A DNA stretch of 38,278 nt from assembly GCA_965215885.1 (NCBI GenBank), contig CBDCEW010000025.1:1-38278 (forward strand), written 5' to 3'. Shown one piece after another: positions 8,457 to 17,403 of this stretch (position 1 is its first letter; each line of letters starts with the position of its first letter). A model generated the notes under the pieces. That model was not told where the DNA came from and did no database searches. It saw only the letters and a program-made list of their open reading frames with translations. The translations under genes and the position numbers were made by a program. The DNA is from Candidatus Moanibacter sp. Lineage in GTDB: Bacteria; Verrucomicrobiota; Verrucomicrobiia; Opitutales; UBA2987.

Positions 8457-9533
8457 ATGGGAACCAACCATCGCTTCCAGGCCGCTCATCTCCGCGCTAT
8501 CGTCCGGCAACTGCTCGTTGCAGCAGGCACACCCCGCCACATCGCTGACCATGTAGCGGATATTCTCGTCAATTCGGATCTCGCCGGACACTCTTCGCAC
8601 GGAGTGCTCCACATGCCCATGTACCTGCGCGGAATCTTAGACGGTAGAATCGACCCGGCCGCCGAACCAGAGGTAGTTAAAGAGAAAACCAAAGTCCTGT
8701 TTATTGACGGAAGGGGCGGTTTTGGGCACTACACGGCCCGCAAAGCAATGGAGCTGGCGATCGAGAAGGCCAAGCTGGTCGATATCTGCTCTGTAAGCTT
8801 GGTCCGGACTGGACATATGGGGCGGCTTGGGGAATATGCCGAGGCAGCTGCCCGGACAGGGTGCATCGGAATCGTCACTGTTGCTGGTGGCGCGAAAAAA
8901 GGGCAGATGGCCAGGCCCTTTGGCGGCGCTGACGGGGCATTGGGTAGCAACCCCATTGCCGTCGGTGTCCCTACCGGTGACGATACACCGTTCATTATGG
9001 ATTTTGCCACCACCATGGTAGCCGAGAGTAAGATTCAGGTTGCCCAGAGCAAAAACGCCGACCTCCCCGAAGGATGCATTGTGGATAAGCACGGCGCCCC
9101 CAGCGTTAAACCAACGGACTTTTACGACGGTGGACACCTGCTGCTATTCGGCGGACACAAAGGTTACGCATTATCTTTGCTAACCGTCCTCCTGGGAGGA
9201 CTATCTGGAAACTTCGACGTTGAGAAAGGCTCCATGAGCGGTCCCTTCATGCAAGTGATTAACGTCGACGCTTTTACCCCGTTGGAAACCTACCAACAAG
9301 GGGTGCGCGCCTTGCTGGACGGTATCAAAGCGAATCCACCGCTTTCCGGTTTTGATGAGGTGCTTGTCCCCGGTGATTTTGAACGGCGTTCCCGCGCTGA
9401 GAATCTGGTCCGCGGCATCGAACTCCCCGACAAGATCTACCAACAAATTCAGGAATGGGCGGTCAAGTTGAACGTTTCCTTGAGCGAGGAATCAATCGAA
9501 GCCACCAGCCCGGACATTTCACACACTTCGTAG
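8457..9533 (+). CDS. Ldh_2 family (malate/L-lactate/ureidoglycolate-type) oxidoreductase
   Basis: DLAGHSSHG, HMGRLG, GSNPIA, MDFATT, FGGHKGYAL, VLVPG. Confidence 0.9.
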   Translation: MGTNHRFQAAHLRAIVRQLLVAAGTPRHIADHVADILVNSDLAGHSSHGVLHMPMYLRGILDGRIDPAAEPEVVKEKTKVLFIDGRGGFGHYTARKAMELAIEKAKLVDICSVSLVRTGHMGRLGEYAEAAARTGCIGIVTVAGGAKKGQMARPFGGADGALGSNPIAVGVPTGDDTPFIMDFATTMVAESKIQVAQSKNADLPEGCIVDKHGAPSVKPTDFYDGGHLLLFGGHKGYALSLLTVLLGGLSGNFDVEKGSMSGPFMQVINVDAFTPLETYQQGVRALLDGIKANPPLSGFDEVLVPGDFERRSRAENLVRGIELPDKIYQQIQEWAVKLNVSLSEESIEATSPDISHTS

Positions 9534-9770
9534 CGAGAATGCGTCCCGGCGCGCCGGGAGGAGCAAAGACGGATCTCCGCATTCCCGCATCAGCGCACTC
9601 GACACGGCGAGAGCCGAGCGAAGACGATTCATCTTTCTTTGATGAGACCGATTTGAAACTCTACATCCGCTTCAGCTACCCTATGCTTCGATGGTAGGAT
9701 CCCGTCAATCATCTGTGCGAAAACAGGTAAATGAGCATCCCAGTATTGACGCGGTGACAGAGATTTACTC

Positions 9771-10523
9771 ATGGACAAACGGCAATCATTTCTAGGCGGG
9801 GTGACTCTGGGCTCCACCTTCGCCCTGGTCTTCGTCGGACCCATCGCCCAGAATCTCGATTACCATATCTTTGCGGACTCGCGCAATTTCTTCGGCGTTC
9901 CCAATGCCATGGACGTCCTCTCATGCTGCGCCTACCTCGTTGTTGGAGCCTTTGGGTTTGCACCCACTCTCCACCGCTTGCCGCGGGACCCTTCGGGAGT
10001 CGCTTTTCTCGTGGCTATTGTGGGAGTAATCCTTACCGCACTCGGCGGCGCATTCTATCATCTAAATCCGAATAACACTTCCCTTATGTGGTACCGGTTA
10101 CCCAGCACCATCGCGGTTGTGGGGCTCTTTTCAGCCGTGTTTATCGATAGGGTCAGCGTGCGCGGGGGACGGATTCTATTATTACCGTTGCTCGCATTCA
10201 CCATGGTAGGAGTCGGTTATTGGGCGCTCTCCGAATCGCTGGGGAGGGGAGACTTGCGAATCTATGGGTTTGTTCGCGTCCTCGCCTTCGTGCTCACTCC
10301 GATAGTCGTTGCCATTTACCCGGAGCGCCGAAAAAGCGAAACCGTTCCTATCCTCGGCTGGTTTGTCTGTTACACTCTCTCGACGGTTTTCGAATTTCAG
10401 GACAGGGAGATCTTCACTTTCGGAGAGTTGGTCAGTGGACATACTCTCAAGCATATCGCGGGAGCAGCGGGTTTCATCTTTATCATACGGATTCTCAAGC
10501 AGCGTGAAGACCAACAGACATGA
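9771..10523 (+). CDS. Alkaline phytoceramidase-like (CREST superfamily) membrane protein
   Basis: PIAQ..DYH.FAD.R.FFGVPN, YHLNP, GDLRIY, SGHTLKH; multiple TM segments. Confidence 0.8.
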   Translation: MDKRQSFLGGVTLGSTFALVFVGPIAQNLDYHIFADSRNFFGVPNAMDVLSCCAYLVVGAFGFAPTLHRLPRDPSGVAFLVAIVGVILTALGGAFYHLNPNNTSLMWYRLPSTIAVVGLFSAVFIDRVSVRGGRILLLPLLAFTMVGVGYWALSESLGRGDLRIYGFVRVLAFVLTPIVVAIYPERRKSETVPILGWFVCYTLSTVFEFQDREIFTFGELVSGHTLKHIAGAAGFIFIIRILKQREDQQT

Positions 10524-10936
10524 AATTTGTCGGAACAATCGTCTAAAAACTCCTCATCATAGCTTCTCTCGCCATCGGTTTGGCCGGTCTTCTCCCGTCG
10601 GTTGAATCACGATATTCGGCGGTAGCTTTTGCGCAGGAAGACCTACACCTGCCATGTTCCCACTCAACGGGACGAAGGGCCCTCACTTCTTCGAAAATCT
10701 CCCGATTCCCGCTACGGATTCACAAATCGATGTAGTCCCGGCGTACCGGGAGATGGATTTCGACGCGATCCCGCATTTTTCACGGCGAAGGGGAGCGAAG
10801 ACGGACCCACCTTTCATCCCTCATCCTTCACCCTTCCGCCTTCTTCCTTCTCTTCCCCACTGCTTCATTGACACGTAGTGCCCGGACGCATCAGTCTCGC
10901 CGAGTAGGACTTGCGCAGATAATGCTCCAGGAATCT

Positions 10937-10942
10937 TATAGT
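10937..10942 (+). promoter_or_regulatory. -10 box (TATAGT) of the IS110 circle-junction promoter
   Basis: Immediately after the left CT core; 17 bp from the right-end -35 in the circular form. Confidence 0.8.
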
Positions 10943-10948
10943 AGCTCC

Positions 10949-11235
10949 AGGTTATTCATCCAAGGGGCCGAGTGGAGCCGCAGGAAAAACTCGGCGAGGC
11001 CCCTTTGTGAATAACTTGGCCGATCAGTGGTTGGCGATGGGTCAAAGAGTTTGTTTGGCTAAGGGTGAAAATATTCAAAGGCAGCCGTCCACTACGAACT
11101 TAGGAATCAGTCCGAAGAGGACTTCCGACAGAATTTCGAGTGGACGGCCTGCCTGGATGACCGAAAACGAACACTCAGTTTACATCCTCATAACAGGATC
11201 CAACTATAAGGACTTCGCCTGGACATCCAGTGCCT
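10949..11235 (+). ncRNA. IS110 bridge RNA (5' hairpin, target-binding loop, donor-binding loop); ends approximate
   Basis: Stems 10962-10969/10998-11005, 11084-11093/11139-11148 and 11153-11159/11224-11230. Internal-loop segments match the target (AGGAATC 11102-11108; TCCGACAG 11124-11131) and the donor junction (CTCAGTTT 11174-11181; ACTATAAG 11203-11210). Confidence 0.88.
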
Positions 11236-11273
11236 TTGAAAAAAGCAAAAAGACAAACTAAAGGAACAAAGGG

Positions 11274-12584
11274 ATGCAGAAAAGGGAAAAAACAAATCGA
11301 TATAGTGTGGTGATAGGAATTGATTGGGCGGATCAGAAAAACGATCTGTGGATCATAGAGAGCGAAACGGGAAAAGGGACCCATCGACAGGTGGCGCAGG
11401 ATGCGGTCAGCTTGCACGAATTTGCCGTAGAGATGAGAGAAAAGTATGCCAGCGTGGGCAAGCGCATGGCCATGGTGGTGGACCAGAAGCGAGGAGGGTT
11501 GATCAACTTTCTGATGGGCTTGGAGTTTGTCGATATCTATCCAGTGCATGCGGCCAGGGCGAAGGATTATCGCCGGGCGCTGTATCCATCAGGGGCCAAG
11601 AGCGACCCGGTCGATGCGCAAATACACGCGGAGTTTTTCCTCAAACATCCCGAGCTTTTTACCAAATGTTTCATACCTGACACGGCCCAAACACGGGAGC
11701 TGAACCTGTTGTGCGAGGACCGCCGTGGATTCGTCGATCAGGCTACCAGCCTCGAACAGCAGTTGGGCAGTTGTCTGAAGCAATATAACCCTTTGGTCTT
11801 GAAATTGTTCGATGATCTAGGCAGTGGCCTGTGCCTGCACTTTATATTGCGTTGGCCGACCCTCAAGAAGCTGCACAGAGCATCGGAGGGTGTCTTGCGA
11901 AAGTTCTTCTATAAGCACAACTGTCGCAGTGACGCCAAAATCCAGGAGCGTCTCGAATTGATCGGTAACGCACGAGCCTTGACCGAAGATGCAGCCATCA
12001 TTGAAGCATCCAGCAGAAAAGCACAGACGTTGGCCGGACAGCTTTTGACCCTGTGCCCGCAGATCAAAGCGTATGAGAAGCGTATCAGGGAGCTATTCAG
12101 AAGCCATCCCGATGCAGCCGTGTTCAGTGGCATTCCCGGAGCCGGCGAGGTCATGAGTCCCCGGTTGCTGTGCGCGTTCGGGACCGATCGTTCGCACTTC
12201 GAAACGGCCCAGAACATGACCCAGTGGAATGGATCCGCTCCGGTCACGATCAACAGCGGGCAGGACAAAAGAACCGGACAACCGAAACGAATGGTCAACT
12301 GGCGGTGGGCGGCTCCTACCTTCGTGCGGCAAAGTTTCGTTGAATTTGCCGAACATTCGATCCGAAACTGTGCCTGGGCAAAGGCCTTTTACCAGATCAA
12401 AAAAGAACAGGGCAAACCCCGCCAAACCATTCTTCGTGCCCTCGCTCTCAAGTGGACCCGCATTCTGTTTCGCTGTTGGCAAAATAGCGAACGCTACGAT
12501 GAGCAAAAGTATCTCCAATCGCTCCAACGCACCGGTTCACCGGTGTGGAAAAGACTTCAGCAAGCAAATGCCAACGCCTTGTAA
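11274..12584 (+). CDS. IS110 family transposase/recombinase (DEDD RuvC-like + Transposase_20 domain)
   Basis: VIGIDW, KSDPVDA, GIPGAG, GSAPVTINSG (catalytic Ser region), WAKAFY...ALALKWTRILF. Confidence 0.95.
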   Translation: MQKREKTNRYSVVIGIDWADQKNDLWIIESETGKGTHRQVAQDAVSLHEFAVEMREKYASVGKRMAMVVDQKRGGLINFLMGLEFVDIYPVHAARAKDYRRALYPSGAKSDPVDAQIHAEFFLKHPELFTKCFIPDTAQTRELNLLCEDRRGFVDQATSLEQQLGSCLKQYNPLVLKLFDDLGSGLCLHFILRWPTLKKLHRASEGVLRKFFYKHNCRSDAKIQERLELIGNARALTEDAAIIEASSRKAQTLAGQLLTLCPQIKAYEKRIRELFRSHPDAAVFSGIPGAGEVMSPRLLCAFGTDRSHFETAQNMTQWNGSAPVTINSGQDKRTGQPKRMVNWRWAAPTFVRQSFVEFAEHSIRNCAWAKAFYQIKKEQGKPRQTILRALALKWTRILFRCWQNSERYDEQKYLQSLQRTGSPVWKRLQQANANAL

Positions 12585-12615
12585 ACACAACATGAGAAAA
12601 AACTCAAAAAATCCC

Positions 12616-12621
12616 TTGACG
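12616..12621 (+). promoter_or_regulatory. -35 box (TTGACG) in the IS110 right end
   Basis: 15 nt upstream of the right CT core, giving a 17-bp spacer to TATAGT after circularisation. Confidence 0.8.
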
Positions 12622-12638
12622 GACTACCTCAGTTTTCT

Positions 12639-12728
12639 GTCGGACTTCGCTTTTCTAGACTTCCCTGAGGTACGGATTCTTAGGTGAGAGATTGAGATAC
12701 CGACGAAGATTGAGACCGACAGATTCCT
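12639..12728. repeat. Remainder of a small inverted-repeat element whose left arm was split by the IS110
   Basis: CCGACAGATTCCT (12716-12728) is the perfect reverse complement of the reconstructed AGGAAT-CT-GTCGG. Confidence 0.75.
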
Positions 12729-12906
12729 TCGAAGAAAATGAACCTGAGATTTGAGACAATTTGTAATACCTATTGCGTCCTTGGCTGAGATTCCTCCGAT
12801 ATAGAGTTGAGGCCCCTGCATTCATCGTGGAAAAATCGTTTAAAGCACATCGGCCGAGGAAAACTTCGACCACTCTCCCACAATTCTCAGATTCATTTTC
12901 TTATTG

Positions 12907-12974
12907 CTAGCAACCTGTCGGAATGAAACTGAGTAACTCTGCCGAAAGAAGCATAAAGTCCGACAGGTTGCTAG
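12907..12974. repeat. 68-bp REP/MITE-like element with perfect 16-bp terminal inverted repeats ending in CTAG
   Basis: CTAGCAACCTGTCGGA (12907-12922) / TCCGACAGGTTGCTAG (12959-12974); related to the IS110 target. Confidence 0.8.
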
Positions 12975-12990
12975 GCCGGAGCAATCAGCT

Positions 12991-14853
12991 ATGAAACGCA
13001 GGCTGAAGCATGTAGAATCTACTGAGCGAAGGGTATGGTTAGCTGCCCTCGCAATTGTCGTCCTGGTGCCGGCAATCGGGATGGGATTTCGAATTGTCGA
13101 TAAAGCAACGCAAGAGCCACCTGTAGAAGAAGCTTCTCTGCTATCATTTTCCGGGAAACCCTCTATCGCCGTGCTTCCCTTTGCCAATCGGAGCTCCGAT
13201 AGGACAGAAAACGCTTTCTTTACGGAGGGAATTCATGATGATTTGCTCACCGCTCTCGTTAAAATTCGCGATTTAAGAGTGATCTCCCGTACGTCGGTTA
13301 TGGGGTATCGGAACACCTCGAAGACAACCAGGAAGATCGCGGACGAACTGGGAGTGACTACGATCCTGCAGGGTAGCGTTCAGCGAGCGGGAAACCGTGT
13401 CCGAATCAACACGCAGCTCATCGATGCTCGGACGGATATTAGTCTCTGGGCGGAGTCGTTTGACCGCGAGCTTACCGTTCAGAGCATGGGGGTAAAGCAG
13501 ATCAGTATCAGTGGGGCGAACATATTTGCTATCCAAAGTGAGATTGCTCAGGAGATCGCCCACGCCCTCGAAGCTGAGCTAACGTCTGAAGACAAGGAAT
13601 TCATCGAAAAAAGACCAACAGAAAACCTCGAAGCTTTCGATTTTTATCTTCGGGGATGGGCGCATTTTAGTCGCCCCGGAGAAAACACCGAGGATCTCTT
13701 GAACGCTCAACGGATGTATGAACGAGCGGTCGGGATCGATCCCGCATTCGCCCTGGCGCACGCAAGACTCTCCGAGGCACACTCATATCTGCATACCCAT
13801 TACGATCACAGCGATGCACGGCTGGATAGGGTACGGGAACATGCGGAGCGGGCGGTCGAACTGGACCCCGATTTACCGGAGGGACTTTCCGCCTTGGCCT
13901 GGTACTACGTCGATGCCTTCCACGACAATGAGAGAGCGTTAGTCGAGATAGCTAAGGCCGAAAGGGTAGCCCCGAAAAATATTGAACTGTTGGAGGACAG
14001 GGCATGGATACTCGGAATTCAGGGAAAGTGGGAGGAGGCGCTGCCTGCATTTCAAAATGCTGTTGCTCGCGATCCGAGAAATCCAGCGTTGCTTTGGGGT
14101 TTTGGAGAAGTGAATATGTTCCTCCACCGGTACAAAGAGGCGGAGAGATACACAAGCAAGGCGTTCGATCTCAACCCGCATTCATTTTCCGCAGGTCTCC
14201 TAAAGGCGAGTATCCCTATTTACCGCGATGGAGACACCGGTCCGCTGCGCTCCTTTCTCAAGAGCCGTCCTTTCGAAGAGGCCGACGTAGGATTCTGGCT
14301 CTGGCAATTGGAACTTTGGGAGGGCAATTACAAAGCGGCCCTCGAAATTCTCTCACGGATAGAACAAGATTACTGGATGTCCAATACCTGCTTCTATCCC
14401 AAGCCTCTGCTTCAGGGGTATGTTCACCACTTCGACGAGGATAAAGACCAGGCCAAAGCCGCTTTTGAATCGGCCCGCGCAATGCTTGAACCAAGGCTCG
14501 CCAAACAATCGAAAGATCCCTGGATACATAGCGCACTCGGTCTCACTTACGCTGGACTCGGTCAAAGGGAGGAAGCGATCCGGGAGGGACGTCTGGCAAC
14601 CGATCTCATGCCGATATCTAAAAGAGCGATGCTAGGCCCGGCCTATGTCTGGGAACTGGCAATAATCTACACCCTAATCGACCAAATCGATACCGCCATT
14701 GACCTTTTCGATCTCTGTCTGTCGAAACCGTGGTCCAATACAATCGAATTTCTACTCCTCGACCCTCGAATCGATCCCCTCCGCGGTCTTACCCGTTTTC
14801 AGACGCTGGTGGAAAAGTATCGACGGAGCGCAAGGAGCGAGATCGAACAGTGA
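12991..14853 (+). CDS. Membrane-anchored TolB-N-like/TPR protein, paralogue of 2834-5182 without the cyclase domain
   Basis: N-terminal TM; SIAVLPFANRS...GIHDDLLTAL.KIRDL.VISRTS; TPRs; HSALG..YAGL...EA.REG shared with the paralogue. Confidence 0.85.
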   Translation: MKRRLKHVESTERRVWLAALAIVVLVPAIGMGFRIVDKATQEPPVEEASLLSFSGKPSIAVLPFANRSSDRTENAFFTEGIHDDLLTALVKIRDLRVISRTSVMGYRNTSKTTRKIADELGVTTILQGSVQRAGNRVRINTQLIDARTDISLWAESFDRELTVQSMGVKQISISGANIFAIQSEIAQEIAHALEAELTSEDKEFIEKRPTENLEAFDFYLRGWAHFSRPGENTEDLLNAQRMYERAVGIDPAFALAHARLSEAHSYLHTHYDHSDARLDRVREHAERAVELDPDLPEGLSALAWYYVDAFHDNERALVEIAKAERVAPKNIELLEDRAWILGIQGKWEEALPAFQNAVARDPRNPALLWGFGEVNMFLHRYKEAERYTSKAFDLNPHSFSAGLLKASIPIYRDGDTGPLRSFLKSRPFEEADVGFWLWQLELWEGNYKAALEILSRIEQDYWMSNTCFYPKPLLQGYVHHFDEDKDQAKAAFESARAMLEPRLAKQSKDPWIHSALGLTYAGLGQREEAIREGRLATDLMPISKRAMLGPAYVWELAIIYTLIDQIDTAIDLFDLCLSKPWSNTIEFLLLDPRIDPLRGLTRFQTLVEKYRRSARSEIEQ

Positions 14854-15317
14854 GCAACGAAATGCATCCACCACCAATACCCAAGAAAAAAGGTGATTGG
14901 TTTTCCAGGAATTGGAAGTGGTTTATACCCTTGTGTGTAATTGGCGGCGGCGTTCTTCTGCTTTCCAGCATCGCAGTTGTAATTGGTTTGGTCATGAAAA
15001 TTATCAAGTCATCCGAACCTTATCAAGAGTCTATGGCGCTTGTGAGAAATAACAATGCCATCATCCAGTTAATCGGCGAACCGATTGATGAGGGCCTATT
15101 TGTAAAAGGCAATATACAGACTGGTGGTACCACAGGATCAGCCGATTTGGCGATTCCTATTCATGGACCCAAGGGTGAAGGCCACGTTTATGTATATGCA
15201 GTGAAACGGGAAGGAATTTGGGAGTATGAAGTATTGAGATTCGTAGGCGGGGAAACTGGAATCGCTATTGAGATTTCTAGGGGAGAAGAAACCCAAGCGC
15301 ATGCAGCGCCGCGCTAA
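14850..15317 (+). CDS. Coa1-like (cytochrome oxidase assembly factor family) membrane protein
   Basis: WFSRNWKW.IP + TM, SSEPY...LIGEPI..G...G.ADLAIPI.GPKG.G. GTG at 14850 overlaps the upstream TGA; ATG 14862 is an alternative start. Confidence 0.7.
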   Translation: MSNEMHPPPIPKKKGDWFSRNWKWFIPLCVIGGGVLLLSSIAVVIGLVMKIIKSSEPYQESMALVRNNNAIIQLIGEPIDEGLFVKGNIQTGGTTGSADLAIPIHGPKGEGHVYVYAVKREGIWEYEVLRFVGGETGIAIEISRGEETQAHAAPR

Positions 15318-15363
15318 AGCGCCCGCTTATACTGATCGCTAGACAACAGGAGGTAAATATACG

Positions 15364-15810
15364 ATGGCGAACACAGATGTCCGAGACTACGAGGTACAAG
15401 CTCACTCCACAGACACTTTCGGTCGCGTGCTCTGCGGCTGCCGTAACCACCATTTCGTGGCTGACGGGCCGCTGCAGAATGGTTGCCCAGGTGAAGCGAT
15501 CACACCTGCGGAACTCTTTCTTTCAGGCATCGCGGCCTGTGGCGTCGAACTTCTCCAGGTCCTGGCTCGACAACAGAATCTGCCGCTGGAGGCTGCGAGC
15601 GTGGTAATTTCCGGTGTGCTGGCCCGCAGCAAGCCGGTTCGTTCAGACCTCACGCTGTTCAATTCACTGCGGCTCCGGTTCCTCTTGAAAGGCGTGAGAA
15701 AAAAGCAGGGCGCTCAACTCGTAGAGGCCTTTAAGGGAAGGTGACCACTCTACGGCAGCGTCGCAGTTGCGACGCCGGATCTCCAAGTCCACGTTCGCAT
15801 CGAACATTGA
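15364..15810 (+). CDS. OsmC/Ohr-family protein, probable selenoprotein (TGA 15742-15744 read as Sec; 148 aa)
   Basis: Strong AGGAGG RBS; TPAELFLSGIAAC (first Cys). The frame continues past TGA as KGR-U-PLYGSVAVATPDLQVHVRIEH*, matching the OsmC C-P motif. Confidence 0.8.
15753..15777 (+). promoter_or_regulatory. Candidate bacterial SECIS hairpin
   Basis: GCGTCGC-AGTT-GCGACGC (15758-15775); loop G is 22 nt downstream of the TGA. Confidence 0.65.
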
Positions 15811-15814
15811 GGTC

Positions 15815-16981
15815 TCAATTCCATTCACCCGTACTATTGAACCGATCAATCGCTCTACGCTCAGGCAAATAGATCGCCAACCCGACTGCCAAAAGTGGAA
15901 GAATGGCGAGATAGTGCAGGGCCACAGCGAGCCCGACTCGGTCCGCGAGATGACCAATAAGAGGCAGGCTGAGTGAAGCGAGCCCCCAGCTGAATCCAAG
16001 GGGCAGACTGGACGCGAGGGCCTTATTTTCCGGCGCAATTTCCTGTGCCATCGCAACCATAATGGAGTTTGAACCCATGATACCGACACCGCCGAGCATC
16101 AGACAGAAGTAACCTGAAAGACCTTCCGAGTGGAGAAATCCGAGCAGCCCCGGCGAAGCCAGGAGAATCGATAGCCATACGATTCTCTTGGCATCATAGC
16201 GGTCCGCGAGGTAGCCGGCAGCGAGACTTCCCACGACGCCTGAAAGATTGAAGATCGCCAAAGGAATCCCTCCTTCTACAAGGGTAAGGCCGCGTTCCCG
16301 TCCTAACTGTGTGAGGAAGAAGCCGAAGCCGACAAATGTGATGTTGCGGAGTATAACGATCGCTGTGATGAGAGTTAACGGGGCGGCCTTATGACGAAGA
16401 GAAAGGAGGAGTCTGCCAAATCGAACGCGCTGAACTCTTGGATTCTGTAGTGGTACGTAGCGCCCGATGAGAACGACCGCTACGATTCCGGGAAGTGAAA
16501 CAAGAGGGAGGATTCGAATTCCGAAGTTTTCCGCTAAGAGCGGCACCCACAGGGGAGTAAAGCCTATCCCGAGGGTGCCGCCAAATGCGAAGAGCGCTAT
16601 ACCAAAGGCGCGCCGTTCCGAACTGAGTTCGCCGGCAAGAGTAAACGCTTGTGGATGAAATGCCGATACCCCCATTCCGCCCAGCATTAGAACCGCTGCC
16701 AGTGTCCAAAAGTTCGGCGCCAGGCCAAGCAGGGGTGTAAAGACAGCTGTCATCAAGGCGCCTCCCACCACGAGGTTTCGTCGAATCATTCTGTCTCCCC
16801 ACAGTCCCATAAACGGCTGCGTCAGGTTGCACACTGAAAGGATCGTTCCGAGAAATCCTGCCATTGCCAACTTCAGGCCGAGCCGTTCGTTGATGAGCGG
16901 CAATACTGGGATTAGCATCGTTGCGTAGGAATCGACGCAAAAATGCGAACAGCTGAGAAGAAATAGTCGGGCCTTCTGCAC
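15815..16981 (-). CDS. MFS transporter (Fsr-like)
   Basis: SHFCVDSY, QPFMGLWGDR, G.SAFHP, GYLADRY; about 12 TM segments. Confidence 0.9.
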   Translation of the reverse strand: MQKARLFLLSCSHFCVDSYATMLIPVLPLINERLGLKLAMAGFLGTILSVCNLTQPFMGLWGDRMIRRNLVVGGALMTAVFTPLLGLAPNFWTLAAVLMLGGMGVSAFHPQAFTLAGELSSERRAFGIALFAFGGTLGIGFTPLWVPLLAENFGIRILPLVSLPGIVAVVLIGRYVPLQNPRVQRVRFGRLLLSLRHKAAPLTLITAIVILRNITFVGFGFFLTQLGRERGLTLVEGGIPLAIFNLSGVVGSLAAGYLADRYDAKRIVWLSILLASPGLLGFLHSEGLSGYFCLMLGGVGIMGSNSIMVAMAQEIAPENKALASSLPLGFSWGLASLSLPLIGHLADRVGLAVALHYLAILPLLAVGLAIYLPERRAIDRFNSTGEWN

Positions 16982-17197
16982 AGTAATATCGAATTGAAGC
17001 CTCTGTATAGCGCGTCCGATGCCTATTGGATAGCATTTTCAGGGATCTTCCAATTTGGGCAGGAAATGTCGTCCGAAGACCCGATGGCAGGGCGCAGGCA
17101 GCAAATCGTCTATCCGCTACCTTTACGACCTTCCAGAGCACATCCACCCAATCATGGTCGAAGTCGAAAGTCGAAGCCGCAGTCGTATGAAGACTAT

Positions 17198-17280
17198 GTC
17201 ATCGCGAGCCGACCGCAGGGAGGCGTGGCGATCCAGTGCAGGGTTCACCTCCCTATCCTTATTCCAGGATCGCCGCAGTC
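17198..17280. repeat. Degenerate palindromic element (GTCATCGCGAG...GTGGCGATCC...GGATCGCC)
   Basis: Internal inverted repeat GGCGATCC/GGATCGCC; resembles, from memory, the GTCATTGCGAG-type dispersed palindromes. Confidence 0.4.
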
Positions 17281-17307
17281 CTCCCTTTTGCCTCAGCGGC
17301 TGGCGAA

Positions 17308-17403
17308 TCAGGAGGTTTCCCATTTCTCAACTTCGAGTCCGGGCACCCTCACGAACTCCTTCACATAGGCCGAAAACGCGTTGGTATCGGGGAAGTAGAT
17401 CAC
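17308..17403 (-). pseudogene. vapC: Internally deleted VapC (PIN) toxin, 31 aa
   Basis: GTG overlaps the antitoxin stop; MIYFPDTNAFSAYVK (PIN N-terminus, DTN) is fused directly to EFVRVPGLEVEKW (PIN C-terminus). Confidence 0.8.

Larger units (their letters stand above)
10935..12638 (+). mobile_element. Complete IS110-family element bounded by CT cores (10935-10936 and 12637-12638)
   Basis: Transposase gene with a long left non-coding end. Joining the ends at CT rebuilds TTGACG-N17-TATAGT. Removing the element restores AGGAATCTGTCGG, the exact inverted repeat of 12716-12728. Confidence 0.92.

Noticed and set aside
9544..9559. Perfect palindrome TCCCGGCGCGCCGGGA after the Ldh_2 gene
   Set aside because: No U-tract and a single copy; cannot be called a terminator or REP.
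10812..10858. Pyrimidine-rich ~7-mer repeats (TCATCCC/TCATCCT/TCACCCT)
   Set aside because: Short degenerate low-complexity tract; no function can be supported.
10868..10925. Alternative IS110 left ends at TCAGT (10891) or CAG-ATAAT (10916)
   Set aside because: Neither gives a 17-bp promoter spacer or matches the bridge-RNA guides; the CT core at 10935 satisfies all tests.
11007..11261. 84-aa ORF upstream of the transposase
   Set aside because: It coincides with the structured bridge RNA and has no protein motif.
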